Of a DNA stretch of 64,000 nucleotides, positions 28,801 through 43,800 are shown piece after piece. Position 1 is the stretch's first letter. Each line of letters starts with the position of its first letter. Source of the stretch: Nemertoderma westbladi. Its lineage: Eukaryota > Animalia > Xenacoelomorpha. The stretch is taken from NCBI GenBank assembly GCA_032718475.1, contig JAUCBJ010004986.1, positions 1-64,000 on the forward strand. Direction: 5' to 3'. A program made the translations under genes and the position numbers. Below the pieces are notes generated by a model. It searched no databases. It had not been told where the DNA came from and worked only from the letters and a program-made list of their open reading frames with translations.

Positions 28801-31800
28801 ATTTAATCATACAAGTGGGTAGACAAACATTGTGTGATCGTGGCGTTTATTTAATCATACAAGTGGGTAGGTAGACAAACATTGTGTGATCGTGGCGTTT
28901 ATTTAATCATACAAGTGGGTAGGTAGACAAACATTGTGTGATCGTGGCGTTTATTTAATCATACAAGTGGGTAGGTAGACAAACATTGTGTGATCGTGGC
29001 GTTTATTTAATCATACAAGTGGGTAGGTAGACAAACATTGTGTGATCGTGGCGTTTATTTAATCATACAAGTGGGTAGGTAGACAAACATTGTGTGATCG
29101 TGGCGTTTATTTAATCATACAAGTGGGTAGGTAGACAAACATTGTGTGATCGTGGCGTTTATTTAATCATACAAGTGGGTAGGTAGACAAACATTGTGTG
29201 ATCGTGGCGTTTATTTAATCATACAAGTGGGTAGGTAGACAAACATTGTGTGATCGTGGCGTTTATTTAATCATACAAGTGGGTAGGTAGACAAACATTG
29301 TGTGATCGTGGCGTTTATTTAATCATAAGTAGGATAACAAACATTGTGTGATCGTGGCGTTTATTTAATCATAAGTAGGATAACAAACATTGTGTGATCG
29401 TGGCGTTTATTTAATCATACAAGTGGGTAGGTAGACAAACATTGTGTGATCGTGGCGTTTATTTAATCATAAGTAGGATAACAAACATTGTGTGATCGTG
29501 GCGTTTATTTAATCATACAAGTGGGTAGGTAGACAAACATTGTGTGATCGTGGCGTTTATTTAATCATACAAGTGGGTAGGTAGACAAACATTGTGTGAT
29601 CGTGGCGTTTATTTAATCATACAAGTGGGTAGGTAGACAAACATTGTGTGATCGTGGCGTTTATTTAATCATAAGTGGGATAACAAACATTGTGTGATCG
29701 TGGCGTTTATTTAATCATAAGTAGGATAACAAACATTGTGTGATCGTGGCGTTTATTTAATCATACAAGTGGGTAGGTAGACAAACATTGTGTGATCGTG
29801 GCGTTTATTTAATCATAAGTAGGATAACAAACATTGTGTGATCGTGGCGTTTATTTAATCATAAGTAGGATAACAAACATTGTGTGATCGTGGCGTTTAT
29901 TTAATCATAAGTAGGATAACAAACATTGTGTGATCGTGGCGTTTATTTAATCATACAAGTGGGTAGGTAGACAAACATTGTGTGATCGTGGCGTTTATTT
30001 AATCATACAAGTGGGTAGGTAGACAAACATTGTGTGATCGTGGCGTTTATTTAATCATACAAGTGGGTAGGTAGACAAACATTGTGTGATCGTGGCGTTT
30101 ATTTAATCATACAAGTGGGTAGGTAGACAAACATTGTGTGATCGTGGCGTTTATTTAATCATAAGTAGGATAACAAACATTGTGTGATCGTGGCGTTTAT
30201 TTAATCATACAAGTGGGTAGGTAGACAAACATTGTGTGATCGTGGCGTTTATTTAATCATACAAGTGGGTAGGTAGACAAACATTGTGTGATCGTGGCGT
30301 TTATTTAATCATAAGTAGGAGTAGACAAACATTGTGTGATCGTGGCGTTTATTTAATCATACAAGTGGGTAGGTAGACAAACATTGTGTGATCGTGGCGT
30401 TTATTTAATCATACAAGTGGGATAGACAAACATTGTGTGATCGTGGCGTTTATTTAATCATACAAGTGGGTAGGTAGACAAACATTGTGTGATCGTGGCG
30501 TTTATTTAATCATACAAGTGGGTAGGTAGACAAACATTGTGTGATCGTGGCGTTTATTTAATCATACAAGTGGGTAGGTAGACAAACATTGTGTGATCGT
30601 GGCGTTTATTTAATCATACAAGTGGGTAGGTAGACAAACATTGTGTGATCGTGGCGTTTATTTAATCATACAAGTGGGTAGGTAGACAAACATTGTGTGA
30701 TCGTGGCGTTTATTTAATCATACAAGTGGGTAGGTAGACAAACATTGTGTGATCGTGGCGTTTATTTAATCATACAAGTAGGTAGGTAGACAAACATTGT
30801 GTGATCGTGGCGTTTATTTAATCATACAAGTGGGTAGGTAGACAAACATTGTGTGATCGTGGCGTTTATTTAATCATACAAGTGGGTAGGTAGACAAACA
30901 TTGTGTGATCGTGGCGTTTATTTAATCATAAGTAGGATAACAAACATTGTGTGATCGTGGCGTTTATTTAATCATACAAGTAGGTAGGTAGACAAACATT
31001 GTGTGATCGTGGCGTTTATTTAATCATACAAGTGGGTAGGTAGACAAACATTGTGTGATCGTGGCGTTTATTTAATCATACAAGTGGGTAGGTAGACAAA
31101 CATTGTGTGATCGTGGTGTTTATTTAATCATAAGTAGGATAACAAACATTGTGTGATCGTGGCGTTTATTTAATCATACAAGTGGGTAGGTAGACAAACA
31201 TTGTGTGATCGTGGCGTTTATTTAATCATACAAGTGGGTAGGTAGACAAACATTGTGTGATCGTGGCGTTTATTTAATCATACAAGTGGGTAGGTAGACA
31301 AACATTGTGTGATCGTGGCGTTTATTTAATCATACAAGTGGGTAGGTAGACAAACATTGTGTGATCGTGGCGTTTATTTAATCATAAGTAGGATAACAAA
31401 CATTGTGTGATCGTGGCGTTTATTTAATCATACAAGTAGGTAGGTAGACAAACATTGTGTGATCGTGGCGTTTATTTAATCATACAAGTGGGTAGGTAGA
31501 CAAACATTGTGTGATCGTGGCGTTTATTTAATCATACAAGTGGGTAGGTAGACAAACATTGTGTGATCGTGGCGTTTATTTAATCGTACAAGTGGGTAGG
31601 TAGACAAACATTGTGTGATCGTGGCGTTTATTTAATCATAAGTAGGATAACAAACATTGTGTGATCGTGGCGTTTATTTAATCATACAAGTAGGTAGGTA
31701 GACAAACATTGTGTGATCGTGGCGTTTATTTAATCGTACAAGTGGGTAGGTAGACAAACATTGTGTGATCGTGGCGTTTATTTAATCATAAGTAGGATAA

Positions 31801-34800
31801 CAAACATTGTGTGATCGTGGCGTTTATTTAATCATACAAGTGGGTAGGTAGACAAACATTGTGTGATCGTGGCGTTTATTTAATCGTACAAGTGGGTAGG
31901 TAGACAAACATTGTGTGATCGTGGCGTTTATTTAATCATAAGTAGGATAACAAACATTGTGTGATCGTGGCGTTTATTTAATCATACAAGTAGGTAGGTA
32001 GACAAACATTGTGTGATCGTGGCGTTTATTTAATCATACAAGTGGGTAGGTAGACAAACATTGTGTGATCGTAGCGTTTATTTAATCATACAAGTGGGTA
32101 GGTAGACAAACATTGTGTGATCGTGGTGTTTAATTAATCATAAGTAGGATAACAAACATTGTGTGATCGTGGCGTTTATTTAATCATACAAGTGGGTAGG
32201 TAGACAAACATTGTGTGATCGTGGCGTTTATTTAATCATACAAGTGGGTAGGTAGACAAACATTGTGTGATCGTGGCGTTTATTTAATCATACAAGTGGG
32301 TAGGTAGACAAACATTGTGTGATCGTGGCGTTTATTTATTCATACAAGTGGGTAGGTAGACAAACATTGTGTGATCGTGGCGTTTATTTAATCATACAAG
32401 TGGGTAGGTAGACAAACATTGTGTGATCGTGGCGTTTATTTAATCATACAAGTGGGTAGGTAGACAAACATTGTGTGATCGTGGCGTTTATTTAATCATA
32501 CAAGTGGGTAGGTAGACAAACATTGTGTGATCGTGGCGTTTATTTAATCATACAAGTGGGTAGGTAGACAAACATTGTGTGATCGTGGCGTTTATTTAAT
32601 CATAAGTAGGATAACAAACATTGTGTGATCGTGTCGTTTATTTAATCATACAAGTGGGTAGGTAGACAAACATTGTGTGATCGTGGCGTTTATTTAATCA
32701 TACAAGTGGGTAGGTAGACAAACATTGTGTGATCGTGGCGTTTATTTAATCATACAAGTGGGTAGGTAGACAAACATTGTGTGATCGTGGCGTTTATTTA
32801 TTCATACAAGTGGGTAGGTAGACAAACATTGTGTGATCGTGGCGTTTATTTAATCATAAGTGGGATAACAAACATTGTGTGATCGTGGCGTTTATTTAAT
32901 CATAAGTAGGATAACAAACATTGTGTGATCGTGGCGTTTATTTAATCATACAAGTGGGTAGGTAGACAAACATTGTGTGATCGTGGCGTTTATTTAATCA
33001 TAAGTGGGATAACAAACATTGTGTGATCGTGGCGTTTATTTAATCATAAGTAGGATAACAAACATTGTGTGATCGTGGCGTTTATTTAATCATACAAGTG
33101 GGTAGGTAGACAAACATTGTGTGATCGTGGCGTTTATTTAATCATAAGTAGGATAACAAACATTGTGTGATCGTGGCGTTTATTTAATCATACAAGTGGG
33201 TAGGTAGACAAACATTGTGTGATCGTGGCGTTTATTTAATCATAAGTGGGATAACAAACATTGTGTGATCGTGGCGTTTATTTAATCATAAGTAGGATAA
33301 CAAACATTGTGTGATCGTGGCGTTTATTTAATCATACAAGTGGGTAGGTAGACAAACATTGTGTGATCGTGGCGTTTATTTATTCATACAAGTGGGTAGG
33401 TAGACAAACATTGTGTGATCGTGGCGTTTATTTAATCATAAGTGGGATAACAAACATTGTGTGATCGTGGCGTTTATTTAATCATAAGTGGGATAACAAA
33501 CATTGTGTGATCGTGGTGTTTATTTAATCATACAAGTGGGTAGGTAGACAAACATTGTGTGATCGTGGCGTTTATTTAATCATACAAGTAGGTAGGTAGA
33601 CAAACATTGTGTGATCGTGGCGTTTATTTAATCATACAAGTGGGTAGGTAGACAAACATTGTGTGATCGTGGCGTTTATTTAATCATACAAGTGGGTAGG
33701 TAGACAAACATTGTGTGATCGTGGCGTTTATTTAACCATACAAGTGGGTAGGTAGACAAACATTGTGTGATCGTGGCGTTTATTTAATCATAAGTAGGAT
33801 AACAAACATTGTGTGATCGTGGCGTTTATTTAATCATAAGTAGGATAACAAACATTGTGTGATCGTGGCGTTTATTTAATCATACAAGTGGGTAGACAAA
33901 CATTGTGTGATCGCGGCGTTTATTTAATCATACAAGTAGGTAGGTAGACAAACATTGTGTGATCGTGGCGTTTATTTAATCATACAAGTGGGTAGGTAGA
34001 CAAACATTGTGTGATCGCGGCGTTTATTTAATCATACAAGTGGGTAGACAAACATTGTGTGATCGCGGCGTTTATTTAATCATACAAGTAGGTAGGTAGA
34101 CAAACATTGTGTGATCGTGGCGTTTATTTAACCATACAAGTGGGATAACAAACATTGTGTGATCGTGGCGTTTATTTAATCATAAGTGGGTAGACAAACA
34201 TTGTGTGATCGCGGCGTTTATTTAATCATACAAGTAGGTAGGTAGACAAACATTGTGTGATCGTGGCGTTTATTTAATCATACAAGTGGGTAGGTAGACA
34301 AACATTGTGTGATCGCGGCGTTTATTTAATCATACAAGTGGGTAGGTAGACAAACATTGTGTGATCGTGGCGTTTATTTAATCATACAAGTGGGTAGGTA
34401 GACAAACATTGTGTGATCGCGGCGTTTATTTAATCATACAAGTGGGTAGGTAGACAAACATTGTGTGATCGTGGCGTTTATTTAATCATACAAGTGGGTA
34501 GGTAGACAAACATTGTGTGATCGTGGCGTTTATTTAATCATACAAGTGGGTAGGTAGACAAACATTGTGTGATCGTGGCGTTTATTTAATCATACAAGTG
34601 GGTAGGTAGACAAACATTGTGTGATCGTGGTGTTTATTTAATCATACAAGTAGGTAGACAAACATTGTGTGATCGTGGCGTTTATTTATTCATACAAGTG
34701 GGTAGGTAGACAAACATTGTGTGATCGTGGCGTTTATTTAATCATAAGTGGGATAACAAACATTGTGTGATCGTGGCGTTTATTTAATCATACAAGTGGG

Positions 34801-37800
34801 TAGTTAGACAAACATTGTGTGATCGTGGCGTTTATTTAATCATACAAGTGGGTAGGTAGACAAACATTGTGTGATCGTGGTGTTTATTTAATCATACAAG
34901 TGGGTAGGTAGACAAACATTGTGTGATCGTGGCGTTTATTTAATCATAAGTGGGATAACAAACATTGTGTGATCGTGGCGTTTATTTAATCATACAAGTA
35001 GGTAGACAAACATTGTGTGATCGTGGCGTTTATTTAATCATACAAGTGGGTAGACAAACATTGTGTGATCGTGGCGTTTATTTAATCATAAGTGGGATAA
35101 CAAACATTGTGTGATCGTGGCGTTTATTTAATCATACAAGTAGGTAGACAAACATTGTGTGATCGTGGCGTTTATTTAATCATACAAGTGGGTAGTTAGA
35201 CAAACATTGTGTGATCGTGGCGTTTATTTAATCATAAGTGGGATAACAAACATTGTGTGATCGTGGCGTTTATTTAATCATACAAGTGGGTAGGTAGACA
35301 AACATTGTGTGATCGTGGCGTTTATTTAATCATACAAGTGGGTAGGTAGACAAACATTGTGTGATCGTGGCGTTTATTTAATCATACAAGTGGGTAGGTA
35401 GACAAACATTGTGTGATCGTGGCGTTTATTTAATCATACAAGTGGGTAGGTAGACAAACATTGTGTGATCGTGGCGTTTATTTAATCATACAAGTGGGTA
35501 GGTAGACAAACATTGTGTGATCGTGGCGTTTATTTAATCATACAAGTGGGTAGGTAGACAAACATTGTGTGATCGTGGCGTTTATTTAATCATACAAGTG
35601 GGTAGGTAGACAAACATTGTGTGATCGTGGCGTTTATTTAATCATACAAGTGGGTAGGTAGACAAACATTGTGTGATCGTGGCGTTTATTTAATCATAAG
35701 TGGGATAACAAACATTGTGTGATCGTGGCGTTTATTTAATCATACAAGTAGGTAGACAAACATTGTGTGATCGTGGCGTTTATTTAATCATACAAGTGGG
35801 TAGTTAGACAAACATTGTGTGATCGTGGCGTTTATTTAATCATAAGTGGGATAACAAACATTGTGTGATCGTGGCGTTTATTTAATCATACAAGTGGGTA
35901 GGTAGACAAACATTGTGTGATCGTGGCGTTTATTTAATCATACAAGTGGGTAGGTAGACAAACATTGTGTGATCGTGGCGTTTATTTAATCATACAAGTG
36001 GGTAGTTAGACAAACATTGTGTGATCGTGGCGTTTATTTAATCATAAGTGGGATAACAAACATTGTGTGATCGTGGCGTTTATTTAATCATAAGTAGGAT
36101 AACAAACATTGTGTGATCGTGGCGTTTATTTAATCATACAAGTAGGTAGACAAACATTGTGTGATCGTGGCGTTTATTTAATCATACAAGTGGGTAGTTA
36201 GACAAACATTGTGTGATCGTGGCGTTTATTTAATCATAAGTAGGATAACAAACATTGTGTGATCGTGGCGTTTATTTAATCATACAAGTGGGTAGACAAA
36301 CATTGTGTGATCGTGGTGTTTATTTAATCATACAAGTAGGTAGACAAACATTGTGTGATCGTGGCGTTTATTTAATCATACAAGTAGGTAGGTAGACAAA
36401 CATTGTGTGATCGTGGCGTTTATTTAATCATACAAGTAGGTAGACAAACATTGTGTGATCGTGGCGTTTATTTAATCATACAAGTGGGTAGTTAGACAAA
36501 CATTGTGTGATCGTGGCGTTTATTTAATCATACAAGTAGGTAGACAAACATTGTGTGATCGTGGCGTTTATTTAATCATACAAGTGGGTAGTTAGACAAA
36601 CATTGTGTGATCGTGGCGTTTATTTAATCATACAAGTGGGTAGGTAGTCAAACATTGTGTGATCGTGGCGTTTATTTAATCATACAAGTGGGTAGGTAGA
36701 CAAACATTGTGTGATCGTGGCGTTTATTTAATCATACAAGTAGGTAGGTAGACAAACATTGTGTGATCGTGGCGTTTATTTAATCATACAAGTGGGTAGG
36801 TAGTCAAACATTGTGTGATCGTGGCGTTTATTTAATCATACAAGTGGGTAGACAAACATTGTGTGATCGTGGCGTTTATTTAATCATACAAGTGGGTAGT
36901 TAGACAAACATTGTGTGATCGTGGCGTTTATTTAATCATAAGTAGGATAACAAACATTGTGTGATCGTGGCGTTTATTTAATCATACAAGTGGGTAGACA
37001 AACATTGTGTGATCGTGGTGTTTATTTAATCATACAAGTAGGTAGACAAACATTGTGTGATCGTGGCGTTTATTTAATCATACAAGTAGGTAGGTAGACA
37101 AACATTGTGTGATCGTGGCGTTTATTTAATCATACAAGTAGGTAGACAAACATTGTGTGATCGTGGCGTTTATTTAATCATACAAGTGGGTAGTTAGACA
37201 AACATTGTGTGATCGTGGCGTTTATTTAATCATACAAGTAGGTAGACAAACATTGTGTGATCGTGGCGTTTATTTAATCATACAAGTGGGTAGGTAGACA
37301 AACATTGTGTGATCGTGGCGTTTATTTAATCATACAAGTGGGTAGACAAACATTGTGTGATCGTGGCGTTTATTTAATCATAAGTGGGATAACAAACATT
37401 GTGTGATCGTGGCGTTTATTTAATCATACAAGTGGGTAGACAAACATTGTGTGATCGTGGTGTTTATTTAATCATACAAGTAGGTAGACAAACATTGTGT
37501 GATCGTGGCGTTTATTTAATCATACAAGTAGGTAGGTAGACAAACATTGTGTGATCGTGGCGTTTATTTAATCATACAAGTGGGTAGTTAGACAAACATT
37601 GTGTGATCGTGGCGTTTATTTAATCATACAAGTAGGTAGACAAACATTGTGTGATCGTGGCGTTTATTTAATCATACAAGTGGGTAGTTAGACAAACATT
37701 GTGTGATCGTGGCGTTTATTTAATCATACAAGTGGGTAGGTAGTCAAACATTGTGTGATCGTGGCGTTTATTTAATCATACAAGTGGGTAGGTAGACAAA

Positions 37801-40800
37801 CATTGTGTGATCGTGACGTTTATTTAATCATACAAGTAGGTAGGTAGACAAACATTGTGTGATCGTGGCGTTTATTTAATCATACAAGTGGGTAGGTAGT
37901 CAAACATTGTGTGATCGTGGCGTTTATTTAATCATACAAGTAGGTAGACAAACATTGTGTGATCGTGGCGTTTATTTAATCATACAAGTGGGTAGTTAGA
38001 CAAACATTGTGTGATCGTGGCGTTTATTTAATCATACAAGTGGGTAGGTAGTCAAACATTGTGTGATCGTGGCGTTTATTTAATCATACAAGTGGGTAGG
38101 TAGACAAACATTGTGTGATCGTGGCGTTTATTTAATCATACAAGTAGGTAGGTAGACAAACATTGTGTGATCGTGGCGTTTATTTAATCATACAAGTGGG
38201 TAGGTAGACAAACATTGTGTGATCGTGGCGTTTATTTAATCATACAAGTGGGTAGACAAACATTGTGTGATCGTGGCGTTTATTTAATCATACAAGTGGG
38301 TAGACAAACATTGTGTGATCGTGGTGTTTATTTAATCATACAAGTGGGTAGTTAGACAAACATTGTGTGATCGTGGCGTTTATTTAATCATAAGTGGGAT
38401 AACAAACATTGTGTGATCGTGGCGTTTATTTAATCATACAAGTGGGTAGGTAGACAAACATTGTGTGATCGTGGCGTTTATTTAATCATACAAGTAGGAT
38501 AACAAACATTGTGTGATCGTGGCGTTTATTTAATCATACAAGTGGGTAGGTAGACAAACATTGTGTGATCGTGGCGTTTATTTAATCATACAAGTAGGTA
38601 GACAAACATTGTGTGATCGTGGCGTTTATTTAATCATACAAGTAGGTAGACAAACATTGTGTGATCGTGGCGTTTATTTAATCATACAAGTAGGTAGACA
38701 AACATTGTGTGATCGTGGCGTTTATTTAATCATACAAGTGGGTAGGTAGACAAACATTGTGTGATCGTGGCGTTTATTTAATCATACAAGTGGGTAGGTA
38801 GACAAACATTGTGTGATCGTGGTGTTTATTTAATCATACAAGTGGGTAGGTAGACAAACATTGTGTGATCGTGGCGTTTATTTAATCATACAACTGGGTA
38901 GGTAGACAAACATTGTGTGATCGTGGCGTTTATTTAATCATACAAGTGGGTAGGTAGACAAACATTGTGTGATCGTGGCGTTTATTTAATCATACAAGTG
39001 GGTAGGTAGACAAACATTGTGTGATCGTGGCGTTTATTTAATCATACAAGTGGGTAGGTAGACAAACATTGTGTGATCGTGGCGTTTATTTAATCATACA
39101 AGTGGGTAGGTAGACAAACATTGTGTGATCGTGGCGTTTATTTAATCATAAGTGGGATAACAAACATTGTGTGATCGTGGCGTTTATTTAATCATACAAG
39201 TGGGTAGGTAGAAAAACATTGTGTGATCGTGGCGTTTATTTAATCATACAAGTGGGTAGGTAGACAAACATTGTGTGATCGTGGCGTTTATTTAATCATA
39301 CAAGTAGGATAACAAACATTGTGTGATCGTGGCGTTTATTTAATCATACAAGTAGGTAGGTAGACAAACATTGTGTGATCGTGGCGTTTATTTAATCATA
39401 CAAGTGGGTAGACAAACATTATGTGATCGTGGCGTTTATTTAATCATACAAGTGGGTAGGTAGACAAACATTGTGTGATCGTGGCGTTTATTTAATCATA
39501 CAAGTAGGATAACAAACATTGTGTGATCGTGGCGTTTATTTAATCATACAAGTGGGTAGGTAGACAAACATTGTGTGATCGTGGCGTTTATTTAATCATA
39601 CAAGTGGGTAGGTAGACAAACATTGTGTGATCGTGGCGTTTATTTAATCATACAAGTGGGTAGGTAGACAAACATTGTGTGATCGTGGCGTTTATTTAAT
39701 CATACAAGTGGGTAGGTAGACAAACATTGTGTGATCGTGGCGTTTATTTAATCATAAGTGGGATAACAAACATTGTGTGATCGTGGCGTTTATTTAATCA
39801 TACAAGTGGGTAGGTAGACAAACATTGTGTGATCGTGGCGTTTATTTAATCATACAAGTGGGTAGGTAGACAAACATTGTGTGATCGTGGCGTTTATTTA
39901 ATCATACAAGTAGGATAACAAACATTGTGTGATCGTGGCGTTTATTTAATCATACAAGTGGGTAGGTAGACAAACATTGTGTGATCGTGGCGTTTATTTA
40001 ATCATACAAGTAGGATAACAAACATTGTGTGATCGTGGCGTTTATTTAATCATACAAGTAGGATAACAAACATTGTGTGATCGTGGCGTTTATTTAATCA
40101 TACAAGTGGGTAGGTAGACAAACATTGTGTGATCGTGGCGTTTATTTAATCATACAAGTAGGATAACAAACATTGTGTGATCGTGGCGTTTATTTAATCA
40201 TACAAGTAGGATAACAAACATTGTGTGATCGTGGCGTTTATTTAATCATACAAGTGGGTAGGTAGACAAACATTGTGTGATCGTGGCGTTTATTTAATCA
40301 TACAAGTGGGTAGGTAGACAAACATTGTGTGATCGTGGCGTTTATTTAATCATACAAGTGGGTAGGTAGACAAACATTGTGTGATCGTGGCGTTTATTTA
40401 ATCATACAAGTAGGATAACAAACATTGTGTGATCGTGGCGTTTATTTAATCATACAAGTGGGTAGGTAGACAAACATTGTGTGATCGTGGCGTTTATTTA
40501 ATCATACAAGTAGGATAACAAACATTGTGTGATCGTGGCGTTTATTTAATCATACAAGTGGGTAGGTAGACAAACATTGTGTGATCGTGGCGTTTATTTA
40601 ATCATACAAGTAGGATAACAAACATTGTGTGATCGTGGCGTTTATTTAATCATACAAGTAGGATAACAAACATTGTGTGATCGTGGCGTTTATTTAATCA
40701 TACAAGTGGGTAGGTAGACAAACATTGTGTGATCATGGCGTTTATTTAATCATACAAGTGGGTAGACAAACATTGTGTGATCGTGGCGTTTATTTACTCA

Positions 40801-43800
40801 TACAAGTGGGTAGACAAACATTGTGTGATCGTGGCGTTTATTTAATCATAAGTGGGATAACAAACATTGTGTGATCGTGGTGTTTATTTAATCATACAAG
40901 TGGGTAGGTAGACAAACATTGTGTGATCATGGCGTTTATTTAATCATACAAGGGGGTAGACAAACATTGTGTGATCGTGGTGGTTATTTACTCATACAAG
41001 TGGGTAGACAAACATTGTGTGATCGTGGTGTTTATTTAATCATACAAGTGGGTAGACAAACATTGTGTGATCGTGGCGTTTATTTACTCATACAAGTGGG
41101 TAGGTAGACAAACATTGTGTGATCATGGCGTTTATTTAATCATACAAGTGGGTAGACAAACATTGTGTGATCGTGGCGTTTATTTACTCATACAAGTGGG
41201 TAGACAAACATTGTGTGATCGTGGTGTTTATTTACTCATACAAGTGGGTAGACAAACATTGTGTGATCGTGGTGTTTATTTAATCATACAAGTGGGTAGG
41301 TAGACAAACATTGTGTGATCATGGCGTTTATTTAATCATACAAGTGGGTAGACAAACATTGTGTGATCGTGGCGTTTATTTACTCATACAAGTGGGTAGA
41401 CAAACATTGTGTGATCGTGGCGTTTATTTAATCATACAAGTGGGTAGGTAGACAAACATTGTGTGATCATGGCGTTTATTTAATCATACAAGTGGGTAGA
41501 CAAACATTGTGTGATCGTGGCGTTTATTTACTCATACAAGTGGGTAGACAAACATTGTGTGATCGTGGTGTTTATTTAATCATACAAGTGGGTAGGTAGA
41601 CAAACATTGTGTGATCATGGCGTTTATTTAATCATACAAGTGGGTAGACAAACATTGTGTGATCGTGGCGTTTATTTACTCATACAAGTGGGTAGACAAA
41701 CATTGTGTGATCGTGGCGTTTATTTAATCATAAGTGGGATAACAAACATTGTGTGATCGTGGCGTTTATTTAATCATACAAGTAGGATAACAAACATTGT
41801 GTGATCGTGGTGTTTATTTAATCATACAAGTGGGTAGGTAGACAAACATTGTGTGATCGTGGCGTTTATTTAATCATACACGTGGGTAGGTAGACAAACA
41901 TTGTGTGATCGTGGCGTTTATTTAATCATAAGTAGGATAACAAACATTGTGTGATCGTGGCGTTTATTTAATCATACAAGTGGGTAGGTAGACAAACATT
42001 GTGTGATCGTGGCGTTTATTTAATCATACAAGTGGGTAGTTAGACAAACATTGTGTGATCGTGGCGTTTATTTAATCATAAGTAGGATAACAAACATTGT
42101 GTGATCGTGGCGTTTATTTAATCATACAAGTGGGTAGACAAACATTGTGTGATCGTGGTGTTTATTTAATCATACAAGTAGGTAGACAAACATTGTGTGA
42201 TCGTGGCGTTTATTTAATCATACAAGTAGGTAGGTAGACAAACATTGTGTGATCGTGGCGTTTATTTAATCATACAAGTAGGTAGACAAACATTGTGTGA
42301 TCGTGGCGTTTATTTAATCATACAAGTGGGTAGTTAGACAAACATTGTGTGATCGTGGCGTTTATTTAATCATACAAGTAGGTAGACAAACATTGTGTGA
42401 TCGTGGCGTTTATTTAATCATACAAGTGGGTAGTTAGACAAACATTGTGTGATCGTGGCGTTTATTTAATCATACAAGTGGGTAGGTAGTCAAACATTGT
42501 GTGATCGTGGCGTTTATTTAATCATACAAGTGGGTAGGTAGACAAACATTGTGTGATCGTGGCGTTTATTTAATCATACAAGTAGGTAGGTAGACAAACA
42601 TTGTGTGATCGTGGCGTTTATTTAATCATACAAGTGGGTAGGTAGTCAAACATTGTGTGATCGTGGCGTTTATTTAATCATACAAGTGGGTAGACAAACA
42701 TTGTGTGATCGTGGCGTTTATTTAATCATACAAGTGGGTAGTTAGACAAACATTGTGTGATCGTGGCGTTTATTTAATCATAAGTAGGATAACAAACATT
42801 GTGTGATCGTGGCGTTTATTTAATCATACAAGTGGGTAGACAAACATTGTGTGATCGTGGTGTTTATTTAATCATACAAGTAGGTAGACAAACATTGTGT
42901 GATCGTGGCGTTTATTTAATCATACAAGTAGGTAGGTAGACAAACATTGTGTGATCGTGGCGTTTATTTAATCATACAAGTAGGTAGACAAACATTGTGT
43001 GATCGTGGCGTTTATTTAATCATACAAGTGGGTAGTTAGACAAACATTGTGTGATCGTGGCGTTTATTTAATCATACAAGTAGGTAGACAAACATTGTGT
43101 GATCGTGGCGTTTATTTAATCATACAAGTGGGTAGGTAGACAAACATTGTGTGATCGTGGCGTTTATTTAATCATACAAGTGGGTAGACAAACATTGTGT
43201 GATCGTGGCGTTTATTTAATCATACAAGTGGGTAGGTAGACAAACATTGTGTGATCGTGGCGTTTATTTAATCATACAAGTGGGTAGACAAACATTGTGT
43301 GATCGTGGCGTTTATTTAATCATACAAGTGGGTAGACAAACATTGTGTGATCGTGGCGTTTATTTAATCATACAAGTGGGTAGACAAACATTGTGTGATC
43401 GTGGTGTTTATTTAATCATACAAGTGGGTAGGTAGACAAACATTGTGTGATCGTGGCGTTTATTTAATCATACAAGTGGGTAGACAAACATTGTGTGATC
43501 GTGGCGTTTATTTAATCATACAAGTGGGTAGGTAGATAAACATTGTGTGATCGTGGCGTTTATTTAATCATACAAGTGGGTAGGTAGACAAACATTGTGT
43601 GATCGTGGCGTTTATTTAATCATACAAGTGGGTAGACAAACATTGTGTGATCGTGGCGTTTATTTATTCATACAAGTGGGTAGACAAACATTGTGTGATC
43701 GTGGCGTTTATTTAATCATACAAGTGGGTAGGTAGACAAACATTGTGTGATCGTGGCGTTTATTTAATCATACAAGTGGGTAGGTAGACAAACATTGTGT

